Positions 10,424 to 24,397 of a stretch of DNA of 32,000 nucleotides are shown one piece after another; the first letter of the stretch is position 1, and the number at the start of each line of letters is the position of its first letter. Source of the stretch: Wallemia ichthyophaga EXF-994. Its lineage: Eukaryota; Fungi; Basidiomycota. Under the pieces are notes generated by a model that saw nothing but the letters and a program-made list of their open reading frames with translations, made no database searches and was not told the origin of the DNA. Where the stretch lies: positions 180,001-212,000 of the forward strand of contig NW_008806280.1 of the NCBI RefSeq assembly GCF_000400465.1, written 5' to 3'. The translations under genes were made by a program, and so were the position numbers.

Positions 10424-13400
10424 ATGGCTGATCAACTCGAGTCTTTCATTGACAGACTCACCGGTGCTGTAGCGCTGCAGGATAGCCCGCTACCATCTAT
10501 TGTCGCCGAGGATTCCTCCGTGTGGGTGAAGCGCTTTCTTCACCTCCGATCTCCGATCTTAACGCCTAGGCTTTGCAGAACACTCCCAGTTGAATCGCAA
10601 TATCCAACAGACAAAGACAGCTCAACAACAGTCACGCGCTTGATCAACGACAGAAAAGCTGCCTTGTCTCTTCAGGCGTCTACCGCTCAAGGCGGTCCCT
10701 CTGGCTCCACCGCCACGACAGACGCACTCAACAATCTACTCAAGTTTGTCGCTTGCTTTGTTTTTTAGTGGATTTTAATGGCTCACTGTTTCCAGCTTCA
10801 TCGGTTCTACCTTTGGCGATGCTGATATGCACGATAAGATTGTGTTTGAGGTGTCTTCGCTGCTCAATTCCCCACGTTCCACGGACGATATCTCTTCTGC
10901 TCTAGTCGACACGCTTGGCTTCGATGCTCTTGATCTTATCGCCCAAGTTCTCTCCAATAGGGCTGAAATCGGTCTTGGATTGAATGACGTCGTGAGTTTA
11001 TCCGGTGTGTTACCTCACCCCTGCTCATCCCAATAGATGTCCTTGAACGCTCGCAACGCCGAGCAGCACTCTAAATCTCACAAGCGTGAGAAAGCACGCC
11101 ACAATGACTTGGAGGGTGCGTTTCGTGGTCTCTATCGCCAATGTCTCACCTTCCTCAGAATCCTACCTCACAATCAGCCCCGAAGAAGCTCGCAGGAGAA
11201 AGGAGGAAGAGCGCCAGCTAAACTCAAAGCGTCCATTATTCTCAAATGAAGGAGGCGTATGTGTCTGCATTTATCACCCATCATCAGCTGACACACTACA
11301 AGTCGATCGAAGAGCCAAACTATCCACATGTCTACAAGAATTCGGCCAATGGTGGTAATATCCTCTCCACTATGGGTTCTCGCTATATGCTACCCTTAGG
11401 CACAACGAAAGACCATTTCGACGTGGGTTGCATTTTATTACTAGCTATACTATCTAATATTACATCAAGAACTACGACGAAATCACTATACCTCCCTCAA
11501 AACCTATTCCACCAAAGATTCATGAACGCATCGTCGAAATTGGAGAAATGGACGCTCTCTGTCAACGATCTTTTAAGGTGTGCATCGCTTGCAATCGACT
11601 ACAACTGCAACTCTAATCTTCTGTCAGGGTTACGAAAAGCTCAATAGAGTTCAGTCTGTGGTCTACCCTACCGCTTACACAACTAATGAGAATATGCTCG
11701 TCTGTGGTGTGTATTAAAAGCGCTTAAACGACACCCACTAACATATCATAAAGCACCCACCGGAGCTGGTAAAACAGACGTTGCTATGCTCACAATTTTG
11801 AGGGTTGTCTCACAGTTTGCGGATGAGAACAAACTTACTTTTGGTCCTGGAAAGGGCAAAGGGTCTGCAAGTTTTGGTGTTAGGCTGGATGACTTCAAAA
11901 TTATCTATGTCGCACCAATGAAAGCACTGGCCGCTGAAATCACAGCCAAACTCGGCAAACGTCTAAGTTGGCTCGACATCAAAGTGAGAGAGCTAACAGG
12001 TGACACACAATTAACAAAAGCGGAAGTCAATGCAACTCAGATTATTGTCACCACGCCAGAAAAATGGGACGTTGTTACACGGAAACCAACTGGCGAGGGT
12101 GATCTCGCCTCAAAGGTCAAGCTGCTTATTATCGATGAAGTTCACCTGCTCAATGAAGACAGAGGTGCAGTTATTGAAACTATAGTTGCCAGAACTTTGC
12201 GCCAGGTTGAAGCTACCCAGTCTCTTATTAGAATTGTCGGTCTCAGTGCTACTTTGCCCAATTATGTCGATGTAGCCGATTTCCTTAGAGTGTCACGATA
12301 CAAGGGACTGTTCTATTTTGATGGCTCCTTCAGGCCAATCCCGTTAGAGCAACACTTTATTGGCGTCAAAGGCAAGCCGGGAAGCTCCCAATCTAAGAAA
12401 AATCTTGACCAAGCAGCCTATGAAAAAGCTGTCGAGCTAGCTGAGCAGGGTCATTCAGTTATGGTGTTTGTTCATGCTCGTAAAGAGACAGTCAAGACTG
12501 CTGAAACGTTGCTCGAGTATGCTAAAAAAGACAACCAGTTGGAAGCATTCGACTGCTCTGAGCACCCCCGTTATCATATACACAAGCGTGACATTGCACA
12601 GTCGAGAAACAAAGAGATGAGGCAGCTATTTGAAAAGGGCTTCGGTATACATCACGCTGGTATGCTTCGTTCGGATCGTAATATGATGGAAAGAATGTTC
12701 GAAGATGGTGCTCTCAAGATATTGTGTTGCACCTCTACACTTGCTTGGGGTGTTAATTTGCCGGCCCACGCTGTCATCATTAAGGGAACTCAAGTTTACG
12801 ATAGCAGTAAGGGTGCTTTCTCTGATCTTTCCATTCTCGATGTACTACAAATATTTGGTAGGAGTGGTCGACCTGGCTACTCGACGAGTGGTGTGGCATG
12901 GCTGTGTACATCTTATGAAAAGCTCGATGATTATATTCAAGCTGTTCTGTCCTCCCATGCAATTGAATCCAAATTCCATACCGGAATCGTCGACGCTTTA
13001 AATGCTGAAATATCTCTAGGCTCTGTCTCTAATGTAAGTGAAGCTGTTCAGTGGTTATCGTTCACATATATGTTCGTGCGCATGAGGAAAAATCCACTAA
13101 TGTACGGCATGGATCACGATGAACCACTCAATGACCCGCTTCTTGGGAACAAGCGCAACATGCTGATAATGTCAGCTGCGCGTCAACTAGCACTAGCAAA
13201 GATGATCAAGTTTGATGAAAATGACATGATGTTCGAGTCGGACGATATGGGTAGAATTGCTTCAAGGTTCTACATATGTCATGAATCCATCAATATCTAC
13301 AATAAAGAGCTCAACCCAACTATGTCGGAGGCTGATATTATGAGTGTCTTGTGTCAATCAGTGGAGTTTGACCAGATACAGATGCGTGATTCTGAGGTGC

Positions 13401-15763
13401 CTGAGCTTAAGCATCTCATGGAAGACATCTGTCCGTGTCAAGTCAAAGGTGGCACAGATACCAGTCAGGGCAAATGTAACATTCTCCTGCAAGCTTACAT
13501 TAGTAGAGCCTATATTGATGACTTTGCGTTGGTGTCTGACTCCAACTATGTTGCACAGAATGGCGCAAGACTGATACGAGCCCTACTCGACATTGGTCTC
13601 AGTAAAAAGTGGGCGGTGACGACATCTGGAGTTATCTCAATGAGCAAAGCCCTAGAGCAACGTTTGTGGCCGTATGAGCATCCTATGAAACAGCAATTCG
13701 GTCTCAGAAACGAAGTCATTTACAATATTACTCGCTGGGCAGATGAAACTACGATACAAGAGTTAGCTGAGCTCAGTCCAGCGGAGCTAGGTAGTTTGAT
13801 TCATCTCAATGAATCACATGGAGCAGCTCTGCATAGGATTGTTAAGAGTTTCCCTACCCTTTCTCTCAGTGTATACTTGAAGCCGCTTAGCCATGAGGTC
13901 CTCAAGCTGCAAATACACGCAAAGCCAAAATTCGCCTGGAATGAAAGAATAAGTGGCACGATGGAAAATTTCTTCTTAATTGCTGAGAGCGAAGACGAGC
14001 TCGATATCTTGCAGTGGACCAACGTTCAAATCAGGCCCACTACGGAGGAAACTAGTATTGACTTCATTTTGCGTATAGAAAACGATAAGAAGCCAGACTT
14101 TATCACCTTGAGATCGGCTTCTGAGAGATGGCTAGGATCTGAAGATCTTGTGTCGGTGTCATTTGAGGATCTGATCATGCCGGCTTCACCTAGTCCTCCA
14201 ACGGAGATTATTGATTTGCCATTCTTACCAGTGTCGGGACTCAGCAATTTAAAGCTTGAGCAAGCCTTGAACAGTATAGGTATCCGTAATTTCAATCCAA
14301 TTCAGACTCAGTGCTTTGAGCCATTCTATGTCTACTCAGACAATGTGCTGCTATGCGCTCCTGTTTACGCAGGCAAGTCAATTCTTTCTCAATTATCGAT
14401 TTGGTGCGTAGTGCGCGTTATATGAGTGCATCTTTTGCTAAACGAAGCATTCAGGAAAGCATTCACATTACAGCGCAACACACGTGCACTTATAGTTACG
14501 CCAACAGCTACTTTGGCCCGTGAGACTGCCCACGTGCTTACTACAAAGTTTTCCAAAGCGATGAGTGTCAATGTCCTCAACCTGCATTCAAAGGCAGAGC
14601 AGCGGGAGTCACAGCTGAAGCAAAATAGGGTTGTGTTTGTTGCGAGTGCGAATGTGCTCCAAGATCTACTCTGCAGTGGACAGAAAGATCAGCTTCTGGA
14701 TGACCTGTCGATATTAGTTGCAGACGATTTGCATCTTATGGGCTCCGCTTATGAAATAGCTCTGTCAGTAGTGAAGCAATCTGTCTCAGATACACGCTTT
14801 ATCGGGATCAGCGCATCTCTCGATAACATTGAAGACCTGAGGAAGTGGCTGCGCGTTGATCCTGCGCTTACATACAATTTTGCACCAAAACATCGTACGC
14901 TGCCGATAAGCACTAATGTTCAATCGCACTCAGTCGTGCCAACGTCTGCTTTCATGAAAGCTCTTATTAAGCCAACGTACGCGCTCATCAAAATAGCTCC
15001 CAAAGGAGCAATAATATTTGTCCCTACACGCACTCAATGCAGAAGTGTTGCGTCAGATTTGATTACGCTCTCGGCAACGGATTCAGATTATATTGGACTG
15101 GCGACCGAAGAATCTGTAGCGCTGGAACCCTACCTCGATAGATTATCTGACAAGACTTTGGTGGGATATCTTGTCAATGGCATAGGAATTTACTACACTG
15201 GCTTGCCTTTAGAGGATCTAGCATTGATCTTGGAGCTTTTTTTGACGGGTGTGCTACGCGCATTGATCGTTCCCAGAGATATGTGCTGGTCGTTGCCGGT
15301 ACGCGCTTCAACAGTGTGTGTGATGAACACCCAGTACCTGTCTACAAAGAATGTCAAGGACAGCAGTGGACAGGAGAAGGCTGACAAACAGGTGCAAGAG
15401 TATTCACTTTCGGAGGTCGCTCATATGCAGGCATTCGCGAGCGCAGACGTTGAAGGCGATAGCGAGGCTACACGTACTTGTGTATTGATGGCGCAGGAAA
15501 ATGGGAACAAGGAGCTTTATTCGTACTTCCTCAATGCGGGTCTTCCACTTGAATCACGTTTGAGTGAGGATGATGAACTGCTCTATTATGTCAAGCACGA
15601 GAGGAATTACGGCAGGATAAAGGATGTTGGGCAAGTCGACAAGCTACTCAAGCAGACGTATTACGTCAGAAGATCTAAGACAAACCCAACTTATTACGAT
15701 GCCAAAGGCGATGGCGTTAGGGCATTGGCGAATAAGATATGGAATGCATCAAGTGATGTGTAA
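10424..15763 (+). CDS. SLH1: Ski2-like helicase SLH1/ASCC3 (RQT complex), ~1652 aa; intact first cassette plus Sec63 domain, degenerate and truncated second cassette
   Basis: Exons 10424-10743, 10796-10991, 11037-11115, 11159-11256, 11303-11422, 11470-11577, 11628-11706, 11754-14403, 14455-15763 (4959 nt). YPHVY; Walker A APTGAGKT (spliced); DEVH; [25 protein letters not shown], which fits Slh1/ASCC3 better than Brr2; motif [11 protein letters not shown]. Confidence 0.88.
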
Positions 15764-15929
15764 ATGCATTATTAGACAATTTTCTTATCTTAATTGAGAC
15801 AAATTGACAAGACAGAGGATATTGCGTGTTCGTCGAAATGAGTATTGGGCGCAGAGCTTTTGCTGTAAGCTATACGTATACATTGTGATTTCGTTTGAAA
15901 CATTCTTCCTTTATAACCATCAACGGAGA

Positions 15930-18900
15930 ATGCGCAGGCTAGGTTTCTTTCTGACAGCTTGCTTGGCTTATGTAAACGCTGATCTACACACGCCGCCCCC
16001 GGTACACGTAGACGTGCAAGCTAGTTGGAGCCAGCCGCCTTACTGCGAGATAGCGATGTGAGCAATGAAGCTGCAGTGCGATGCGTCTAACAAGACGAAG
16101 GGAAGCAGCCTACAGACTACAACCAGGAATGTTTGGCAGGCTATTGGATACCATTGATTGCACAAACACGCCAGAGAAGATATATACCCAAGTAAGAAGT
16201 GAAATCACTAAGTCGAAGCAGTCACTGTTCGATCTTCATATGGCCCTGGAATCAAGCTCACCGGCAATAATAGCCTCCAGAAGCATATTAGAGAGCGAAG
16301 GATTTTCATTTGATCCGGAATGCCCGAATTTTATCAGCTATCAAGGCCGCAAGATATGTGACGTAGACGAGGTTAGTACACTCGACCAACAAGCTTGGCC
16401 TGAATCAACGTGAGTTGCATTCACTGTCAAATTACTCCAACTAAAGGCATCAGCGCGATCGTTGATACCGCGATCGACCATATTCTCTCAGAGCCTTCAT
16501 CTGCAGCCCCGCCAACTATCATCCACTACGCAGACCCAACTGCGCACAATTTCAAAAGTTTCTATGACTTCTTTAAGAAGCGCACGAAAGTCTTGAAGTA
16601 CGTCATACGATGGGCACCCACCAACGCCTCGTCTCAGCCTCAAAAATTGGCGGGATGGGGTGTCAAGTTGGATCTTAAGAAGCGCGAGTATCTCTCACTC
16701 GACGATAGAACTGTTTCAAAGAGGGCTGATGATATCAAGACAAACGTAATATCCAGTGAGGACTACAATTTCCTGCCACGCAAGCTGCAAGAGGCTTTTG
16801 GCCAGTCTCTCGTCAATTTTGAAGGAAATGACAATATCAAGACATTGTCCAGCAACTTAATCGCTCTCTTGCAGCAATCAGACAATCAATTAGAGTTACT
16901 GAACACAATTTCCCAGAATCTCCCTCTGTTAGCCCCTGCTCTTGCTGATGGCGCTTTTGAAGGAGCAGAAAATGTGCTTAACGAGCTTTCATTCAATCAG
17001 GACAAGTACCTCAAAGCCGGACAGAATGCTATCTGGCTGAACGGACGTAGGATGTATGATAAAGACCTTGAGCCATTCACGTAAGTCTGAATCAACAAAG
17101 ACCACAACTCTAATAGTACCAGGCTTTTACGTCAACTGGAATCAGAGAATTTGCTCATTGGCGCTATCACAGATTTGGGTTTTTCTAGATCTGATGCGAT
17201 CAAAGTACTCAGTCATCGCGCTCTGTATGCATCTCAAATTATCAGACCAGATTCAGTAGCTGATGGCCTGGTTGATGCTTCAGATAGAATCGAAGAGGGT
17301 GGTGTAATTAGGTGGATGAACGATTTGGAGGATCACAAACAGTACAATGGAAAATTTTGGTCTCCCTATATGCGCAACCTGCTTAATCCTCTTGGAAAAG
17401 TAGCGAGAAACTATCTCAATGGGGTTCTCGTGATTGACTTATCAAACAAACAAGCAATTGAAATGTTATCAACAAACGTGAGAGCGTTCATCGATCGCGG
17501 CATCCCTGTGCGCTGGGGCGTTGTTCCTTACATTAATCCTCTCAATCATGACAGTAAGTCAGTTTGAGGTGCGGATTTGACTCACATACTGTTAGGTTTG
17601 ATGGCTGCAAAGCTGTTTTATGGCTTGATTGATAGCAGAGGAGTTGATACATGCCTAAACTACTTTGCTGAGGCTGTCGCTTACACAGGCACTTTTGCTG
17701 AAAGAGCAGAAGCTGCTTACTCTAATCTTCCAAGTGTGAATGGCACATTGTCTCAAGACGAGTTCGACACGACTGTGAAAAGCAAAGCAGTGAAAAATGA
17801 TTTAAAGAAAGCTCAAAGCTATACCAGACGTCTCGGCGTTAGTCCCGGTGAACATGAAGAGAGTTTTGCTGGTGAAATTTTTATCAACGGCCAACCTGTG
17901 CAGTTTGATGATGTGAGAGGCGCTTAGCATTCTCAAGCTCTACTGATAAGCTCCAGAAAACGATACTTACTCTTCAAGAACATATTACCTCGCAGACTGA
18001 AGCAATCACAAAGGCCGTTCGCAATGCTGAAATCGACGAGCGCAGTGATGTTTCTGTATTCTACTACGACAAGTCATCCACATTGAAACGCCGCAACAAG
18101 TATTTGCAACCCTCAAAAAAAAAAGCACACTATATCCAAACATATCCAAAATTGCTGGATGGTCCGTATGTTACTCCGGAGACACAAGATAGAACGGATG
18201 TAACGATATGGCTTGTTTCTGATTTCAACAAACCAGAAAGCCTTGAACTGATCAAACACGCACTATCAGGCATGATTATAAGTCCAACATTTAGGCTTGG
18301 CTTTGTGCACAATCCATCTGAATGTGAAACTGCTACTGGGACTATAAGTCAAATGTTAAGGATGCTGCCAGACAGAAGCTCGCCATTGGAATTTATCGAT
18401 GCGTTACAGAATCGTGGCGAGATTAGAGAAGATGCCGATGGGATAGTAAATGCTGGCGCTTGGATAAGCGAGACAGGAATCAACCCAGGTGATTCTGGAC
18501 TCATCGTAAATGGTCGCGTCATCGGTCCTATACCACCTAATGGCCTTGTCGAAGAAGATTATGTGTACTTATTCCAACGTGATTATGCGGAACGAGTGCT
18601 GCCGGTTGTCAAAGCCTTAGATGAGACATGCCCGCACCTACTCCAGGATGATCCAGACACTGTCGCTACTCTGCTGTCTAGGCTTGGCTCACTACTATGG
18701 AAAACCAATCAAAATGAGCAGCCAGAAGGAATTTACGAGCCTCCTTATACACCTAGAGCGCGCGTTTGGAATCGATTGCATACTAAATACACGTCTATAC
18801 AAGTAGGCAAAGAGCTGTCGTCCCAGTATTCGTTTGATGTGGTTTTGGATCCAATGAGCGAGCAAGGCCAAAAGCTGACAAAGATATTGATCGCTTTAGC

Positions 18901-20706
18901 TGAAACTGGAGATGCGCATATAAGAATAGCGTTCAATCCAGACATCAGCATTGAAAATCTTCCCACCAATCGCTTCTACAGATTTGCCATGAATTCAAAG
19001 CCGCACTTTAATCAATATGGCCAGAGCATAAATCAAGCCGTTCAATTCGTACAGATGCCAGCTGATGCATTGTTCACACTGGAACTCGACCCTCCACAAT
19101 CCTGGATCGCTAGACCTGTGTATGCACCAGTAGATCTAGACAATCTCAATCTTGTTACAGCGCCGTACAAAGACCTGAATGTAATCTTTCAGCTGGACAA
19201 GATAGTTGTTGATGGGCATGCCAGAGACTCAAAGACAAGTTTGCCTCCGAGGGGCCTTCAGGTTGCTTTGAAACACGGCCAAATTGATACACAAATAGTT
19301 GCAAATCTTGGTTATCTGCAACTAGCAGTGACGCCCGGTCAGTGGTCTCTCGAAATCAGAGAAGGTTATGGCAGGCAAGTATACGAAATCGAGAGTTTAG
19401 GAAGCCTAGGTTGGAATAGCCCCACAGTCGATGAAGGCTTCGAGACATTCATGTTGGATAGCTTTGAAGGCGTCAAGCTTTACCCAAGGTTTAAGAAAAA
19501 GCCAGGTATGGAGGGAGTTGACGTGCTTTCCGAGCAGCGCGAGACAGGTTTGGTACCTTATGCGAAGGCAGCTATTTCAACGTGAGTTTTTACGAATTTT
19601 GAAGCTTTTTCTTAGACGGTGACAGACTTAAATCGTTCTTGGGCTTCACATATGAGTCTGATCATGCGGATATCAATATTTTTACTGTAGCTTCCGGTCT
19701 GCTGTACGAGGTGAGCTCAGAAATTAGATGACCAAACGATTCTTACACAAACAGCGATTTGCTTCTATCATGATACTTTCGGTGCTAAAGCACACGAATC
19801 ATTCCGTCAAGTTTTGGTTCATCGAGAACTTTTTGTCGCCCTCGTTCATAGAGTTTTTACCACACCTGGCTAAGGAGTATGGCTTCAAGTATGAGCTTGT
19901 TACTTACAAATGGCCGAGCTGGCTACGTCCACAAAAGGAAAGACAAAGAATGTTGTGGGCATACAAAATTCTCTTCCTCGACGTCCTCTTTCCAATGAGT
20001 CTCGACAAGGTGATTTTTGTAGATGCTGATAACATAGTAAGAACAGATCTCAAACAGCTAATCGATGTAGACTTGCACGGTCGTGCTTATGGCTATCCGC
20101 CGATCGGGATGGATAGGGAGGAGATGGATGGCTACCGTTTTTGGACAGAAGGGTATTGGAAGGACTATTTGCGCGGTCGCAAGTACCATATCAGCGCGTT
20201 GTACGTGGTGGATCTGAAGAGATTCAGACAGATTGCCGCGGGAGATCGTTTAAGGGGGCAATATCAAGGTCTTTCTGCTGACCCTGGCTCACTTGCAAAC
20301 CTGGATCAAGATTTACCCAACAATTTCCAAACAGAAGTGCCTATCTGGACGCTTGACGGGTCTTGGCTGTGGTGTGAAACTTGGAACTCAGAGGAGAGCA
20401 TAACACAGGCAAAGACGATTGATCTTTGCAACAACCCAAAGACAGTGAGTGTCTCATCCGCTATATTCAAATATTCACAACGCACAGAAAGAACCCAAGC
20501 TAGAAAGAGCGCGCAAGATTCCCGAATGGACAGAATATGATGATGATATCCGACAATTTAGTGACAAGCTCGCAAAAGAAAAGCTAATTAAGTCATTGCT
20601 CGTTACAGAAACTGAAGAGCTGGCGCAAGGCCCGAAGGCAGCAGCAGAGGAAGCGCCGACAGCACCAGATTATTTCAAAGATAACCACAGAAAAGACGAA
20701 TTGTAG
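15930..20706 (+). CDS. UGGT: UDP-glucose:glycoprotein glucosyltransferase (GT24), ~1476 aa
   Basis: Nine exons (introns 16058-16100, 16410-16453, 17081-17122, 17554-17595, 17913-17956, 19582-19625, 19711-19754, 20445-20487; 4431 nt). Signal peptide [17 protein letters not shown]; GT24 motifs [65 protein letters not shown]; C-terminal KDEL. Confidence 0.95.
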
Positions 20707-20906
20707 ATAAAAATTAATTTGAAGCCGATCAGTTGACGCCATGTGCGTATACGCAGCAAGATCCTTATCGTGAGGTTGTGGGTGGTAGAGGAAATAAGCG
20801 AATCAAGGCAGCTACCAGCGTTGGAGTACTGTATGATACTCCAAGTGACTGCTGGCTGACTGCTGGGGATTGCCTCTCTCACCTCAACCACCATCACTTG
20901 CGACTG

Positions 20907-23900
20907 ATGAGTGCAATCGTGGTCCTTCCCAACGGCTCCACGCTTGATGTGTTACATACCAGCGCATCAGACGCCCTGCACGAGCTGTCGACTGTCCAAA
21001 TTTCGCTGACTTGGATACATGTAATTAGGAAGTACTGGCTCCTCGGAAAGCTGCGAGATGCCGAGACTATTTGCACTAGGGCTGCTGAATGTGAGTCCGC
21101 TGTCTTGGACCACCTGTTTCTCACAGCTCGCAGTATTCCAGCGCGACGCTCTTAGTATCTCCAAGCTGTCGACTCTCAAGGGAAATCTCTATTTGGACAT
21201 TGCAAGGGAATCCCCAAAGATTTTGCTATCAAATCCCAGTGAGGATGTCCACGCCGGTGACACCAAATGCCGCAAGGATTACATGCTCGCTGCCGCCGCT
21301 CAATTTGTTAGTGCCGATAAGTCGCTCCAAAGCATCGGTGAAGTCTCTCAGATCAATTCACCACTCTATCTGGGCAAGGCGTCCTTGCAATTGGCGCAGG
21401 GAAACCTTGATGAAGCCTTTAAAACGTTTAACGCCATTCTCAAGAACCATACTCGCAATGTCTTTGCTTTGATGGGCAAAGCAAGAATATTGCACGTCAA
21501 GCGTCATTACGCTGAGGCTTTGCGCGTCTATCAGGATATTCTTAGGATATCTCCTCGCGTAAAACCAGATCCAAGGATCGGCATTGGTTTATGCTTTTGG
21601 CAACTCAAATGCCCCCTTGAAGCAAAGGCTGCATGGGAAAGAAGCGCTGCTCTTGTGAGTCTATTCACACCCTTCTCAACGTCGCTTATTTGATTTAGAA
21701 CCCCAATTTGTACGCTCCACAGCTTCTGTTGGGTCTTCTGAACATCAACGACGCTAAAAAGCCTGATGAGCAAGATCACTACCGTGTTAAGGCGTACAAC
21801 AGGGGTATCAGATACGTACATACTGCATATAAACTCAACGAAAAAAACTCCAACGCCGCAAATGTTCTATCGTACTACTTCTTGGGTAAACGGAAGCTTC
21901 CAGTGGCAATAAAGTATGCTGAACGCGCAATTCAATATGCTGATGCTATACCCGTTCTTGTCGATGCTTACAACAATTTAGCACGCGTACACCACCTTAG
22001 CGGAAATACTGATGAAGCTCTTCGCTGCTACAAAGTCGCATTGGAGCGCTCTCCAAATAATATTGTGGCGCAGCTTGGTCGAGGACAGCTGCTTCTGAAC
22101 GATGAATCATTAACGCAGGCTGTTCACCATTTTGATAAGCTGGTTCAATCTCAGAGTCAAAAAGGATTGGCAAATCCAGAGGCTTTGTTAGTTCTCGCAA
22201 CTTTGCGCTCAAAAGTTTTGCCTGGTATATCTACGAATGAGCTACAAAAGAACAAAGAATCCGCTCGCGAGTTGTTCGATAAGTTTTTGAAAACGGTGTC
22301 GAAAGCATCCTCACCACATGAAACAGTCAGAGGTCTCGGTAACGAAGCTGAAACTTACGTTGAACTGGCTAGGCTTTGGGAGAAAGACAATATAAAGAAA
22401 TCCAGTGAGGCTTACGAGCGGGCATGTAATGTACGAAAAGAGCAAAATCTTTCTATGCCGATCGAGCTTTTGAACAATGTTGCAGTGCTTACAGCAAAGA
22501 TTGGCAATGTGGATAATGCAGTATCTTACCTCCAAGAGGCAGTTACTCGACTTGATAATGGTGAATCTAATACAAGAGACTTTTGCATTAGGAATATAGA
22601 TATCAAGCAACATATTTGTACTATGAAATACAACTTGGCGCGGATTCTTGAAGACGGAAAAGATGTTCAACATGCCAAGAAACTTTACATGCAAGTCCTC
22701 GAAATTCATCCAGAGTACTTTGAATGTAAAGTGCGACTCGCTTCACTTTATATGGATGAAAACATGCCAGATGAAGCTCACACATTACTCAAGGAGGTGC
22801 TCACAACGTGGAATGACCACAAGAACTTAAGAGCATTCTACACAAACTTCTTGATGCGATATGATATGTCGTCAGCCAAACGGTTCTGCGATGATACACT
22901 GAAGAAGGTCGCACCGAATGATATCTATGCACTTTGCGTGTCGGGCTGGGTTACTTATGTAAAATCAAGGGATATGCGCCCAAAAGTTGGAACCTCAGAA
23001 GTGAAAGACCGGGAAAGACAGTTCAGAGAGGCTATAATTTACTGGGAGAAGGCTTTGAGGTATGATCCAAAATGTGTTTATGCCGCTCAAGGACTTGCTA
23101 TCGCTATAGCAGAGAACGTTGTTCCAGATCCATCACGTCGAGATGGTCAAGAGCCAAGTGAAGAAGAAAATACTAAGGCCAGACGCGATGCGCTTGGAGT
23201 ATTTGCCAAAATAAGAGACTGTCTGGATGAGGCATCAGTTTATATCAACATGGGACATTGCTTCTACGCTCAGGATGAATTTGATAAGGCGGTTGAAGTC
23301 TACGAGCACAGCTTAGCTAGACATGAGGAGGTATCGTCGCTGTTACATGCTTGCAGGGCTAATTACAGCAAGGGAGTCCAAAAGTCGGATTTCAAATTTC
23401 TCGAGAAGGCACTGGCTTATGCTCAAACTGCAACAAAGAAGTCACCTAAGGACAAGTCTGTCAAGTACAATATAGCTATGATTGAGCAGAAAATGCTACA
23501 AGTAGTGCTGGATACACCAATCGAGAAGAGGGCTCTTAGGGATTTGGAGAGAGCTATAGAATTATCACCAGAATCACAGGAGTTATTCGGTCAGTTAGCT
23601 GCTGAGGAACCTGCAACAGTGCCATTTAGCATAGACCTTGCCGAGCAGCGTCAGGCGTTTGGTGAGGGACTCGCCGTGCGTGGGCCTGGTGAAATCGAAA
23701 AGCAGCAGGCGTATGAGGCAGAGAAGGTGGAGAAGAGTGAAAAGTACAAACTGGAGAAGGAGGCAGCTCAACAGAAAGCGAAGGAAGATGAGGCACACAG
23801 ATTAGATATGATCAAAAAGCGCAGCGAGGAGTTGGCGGAGAAACGCAAGCAGGCGCAAGAGGACATAAAGAATTTACGAGAAACACTTAAGGCAGAAGAA

Positions 23901-24340
23901 GAAGCCGAGGAGAGGAGTAAGAGCGAGAAGAAAAACAAGACCAAGAGGAAAGGCTCTGAGGATGGCCAAAGTGGTGATGAAGAAGCGCCAAAGAAACCTA
24001 AGCGCAAGACGAACAAGAAGAAGAAGCTTCGCAAGAAAGCGGGGTCAGACGGCGAAGAGAATGGAGCTGCACAGGACGAGAATGGCGCTAAGCAGGAGAA
24101 TAGCGCTAAACAGGAGAATCAATCAGCGTCTGAGGGCGAAGATGGGAACGATGGAGAGGAGAATGAGAAAGCAAAGCCATCCAAGCCAATGAGCCGGAAA
24201 AGACCGAGCTCAGTTTCAGAAGATGCTGAGAGGAAGAAAGCTAAAACGTCGTGAGTGCTAACTGATAACAGCGGAGACACAATTGACAGAAATACAGGCA
24301 GCTTTCCAAAGAGGTAATCTCAGATTCTGGAGAAGAATAA
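20907..24340 (+). CDS. CTR9: Paf1 complex TPR subunit Ctr9, ~1099 aa
   Basis: Introns 21091-21133, 21655-21698, 24251-24297 (3300 nt CDS). TPR repeats; PDPRIGIGLCFWQL; YAAQGLAIAIAE; VYINMGHCFY; K/E-rich tail; final exon SQLSKEVISDSGEE. Start codon inferred from similarity to the Ctr9 N-terminus. Confidence 0.9.
24057..24119 (+). repeat. Degenerate 18-21 nt coding minisatellite in the CTR9 tail
   Basis: GAGAATGGAGCTGCACAGGAC / GAGAATGGCGCTAAGCAG / GAGAATAGCGCTAAACAG / GAGAAT, encoding ENGAAQD-ENGAKQ-ENSAKQ-EN. Confidence 0.8.
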
Positions 24341-24397
24341 TTTTGTAAAGTTAAATATTTTATCTAACGCTTGACTTGACTTTGTGTAGATACGCTG

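Noticed and set aside
18115-18123. A9 homopolymer in UGGT
   Set aside because: Encodes KKK in frame and the full model stays in frame; no evidence of frameshifting or phase variation.
20718-20906. In-frame open extensions upstream of the CTR9 ATG (63 codons) and the UGGT ATG (from TTG 15804)
   Set aside because: No ATG and no family similarity; the UGGT extension would bury the signal peptide; open stretches of this length arise by chance.
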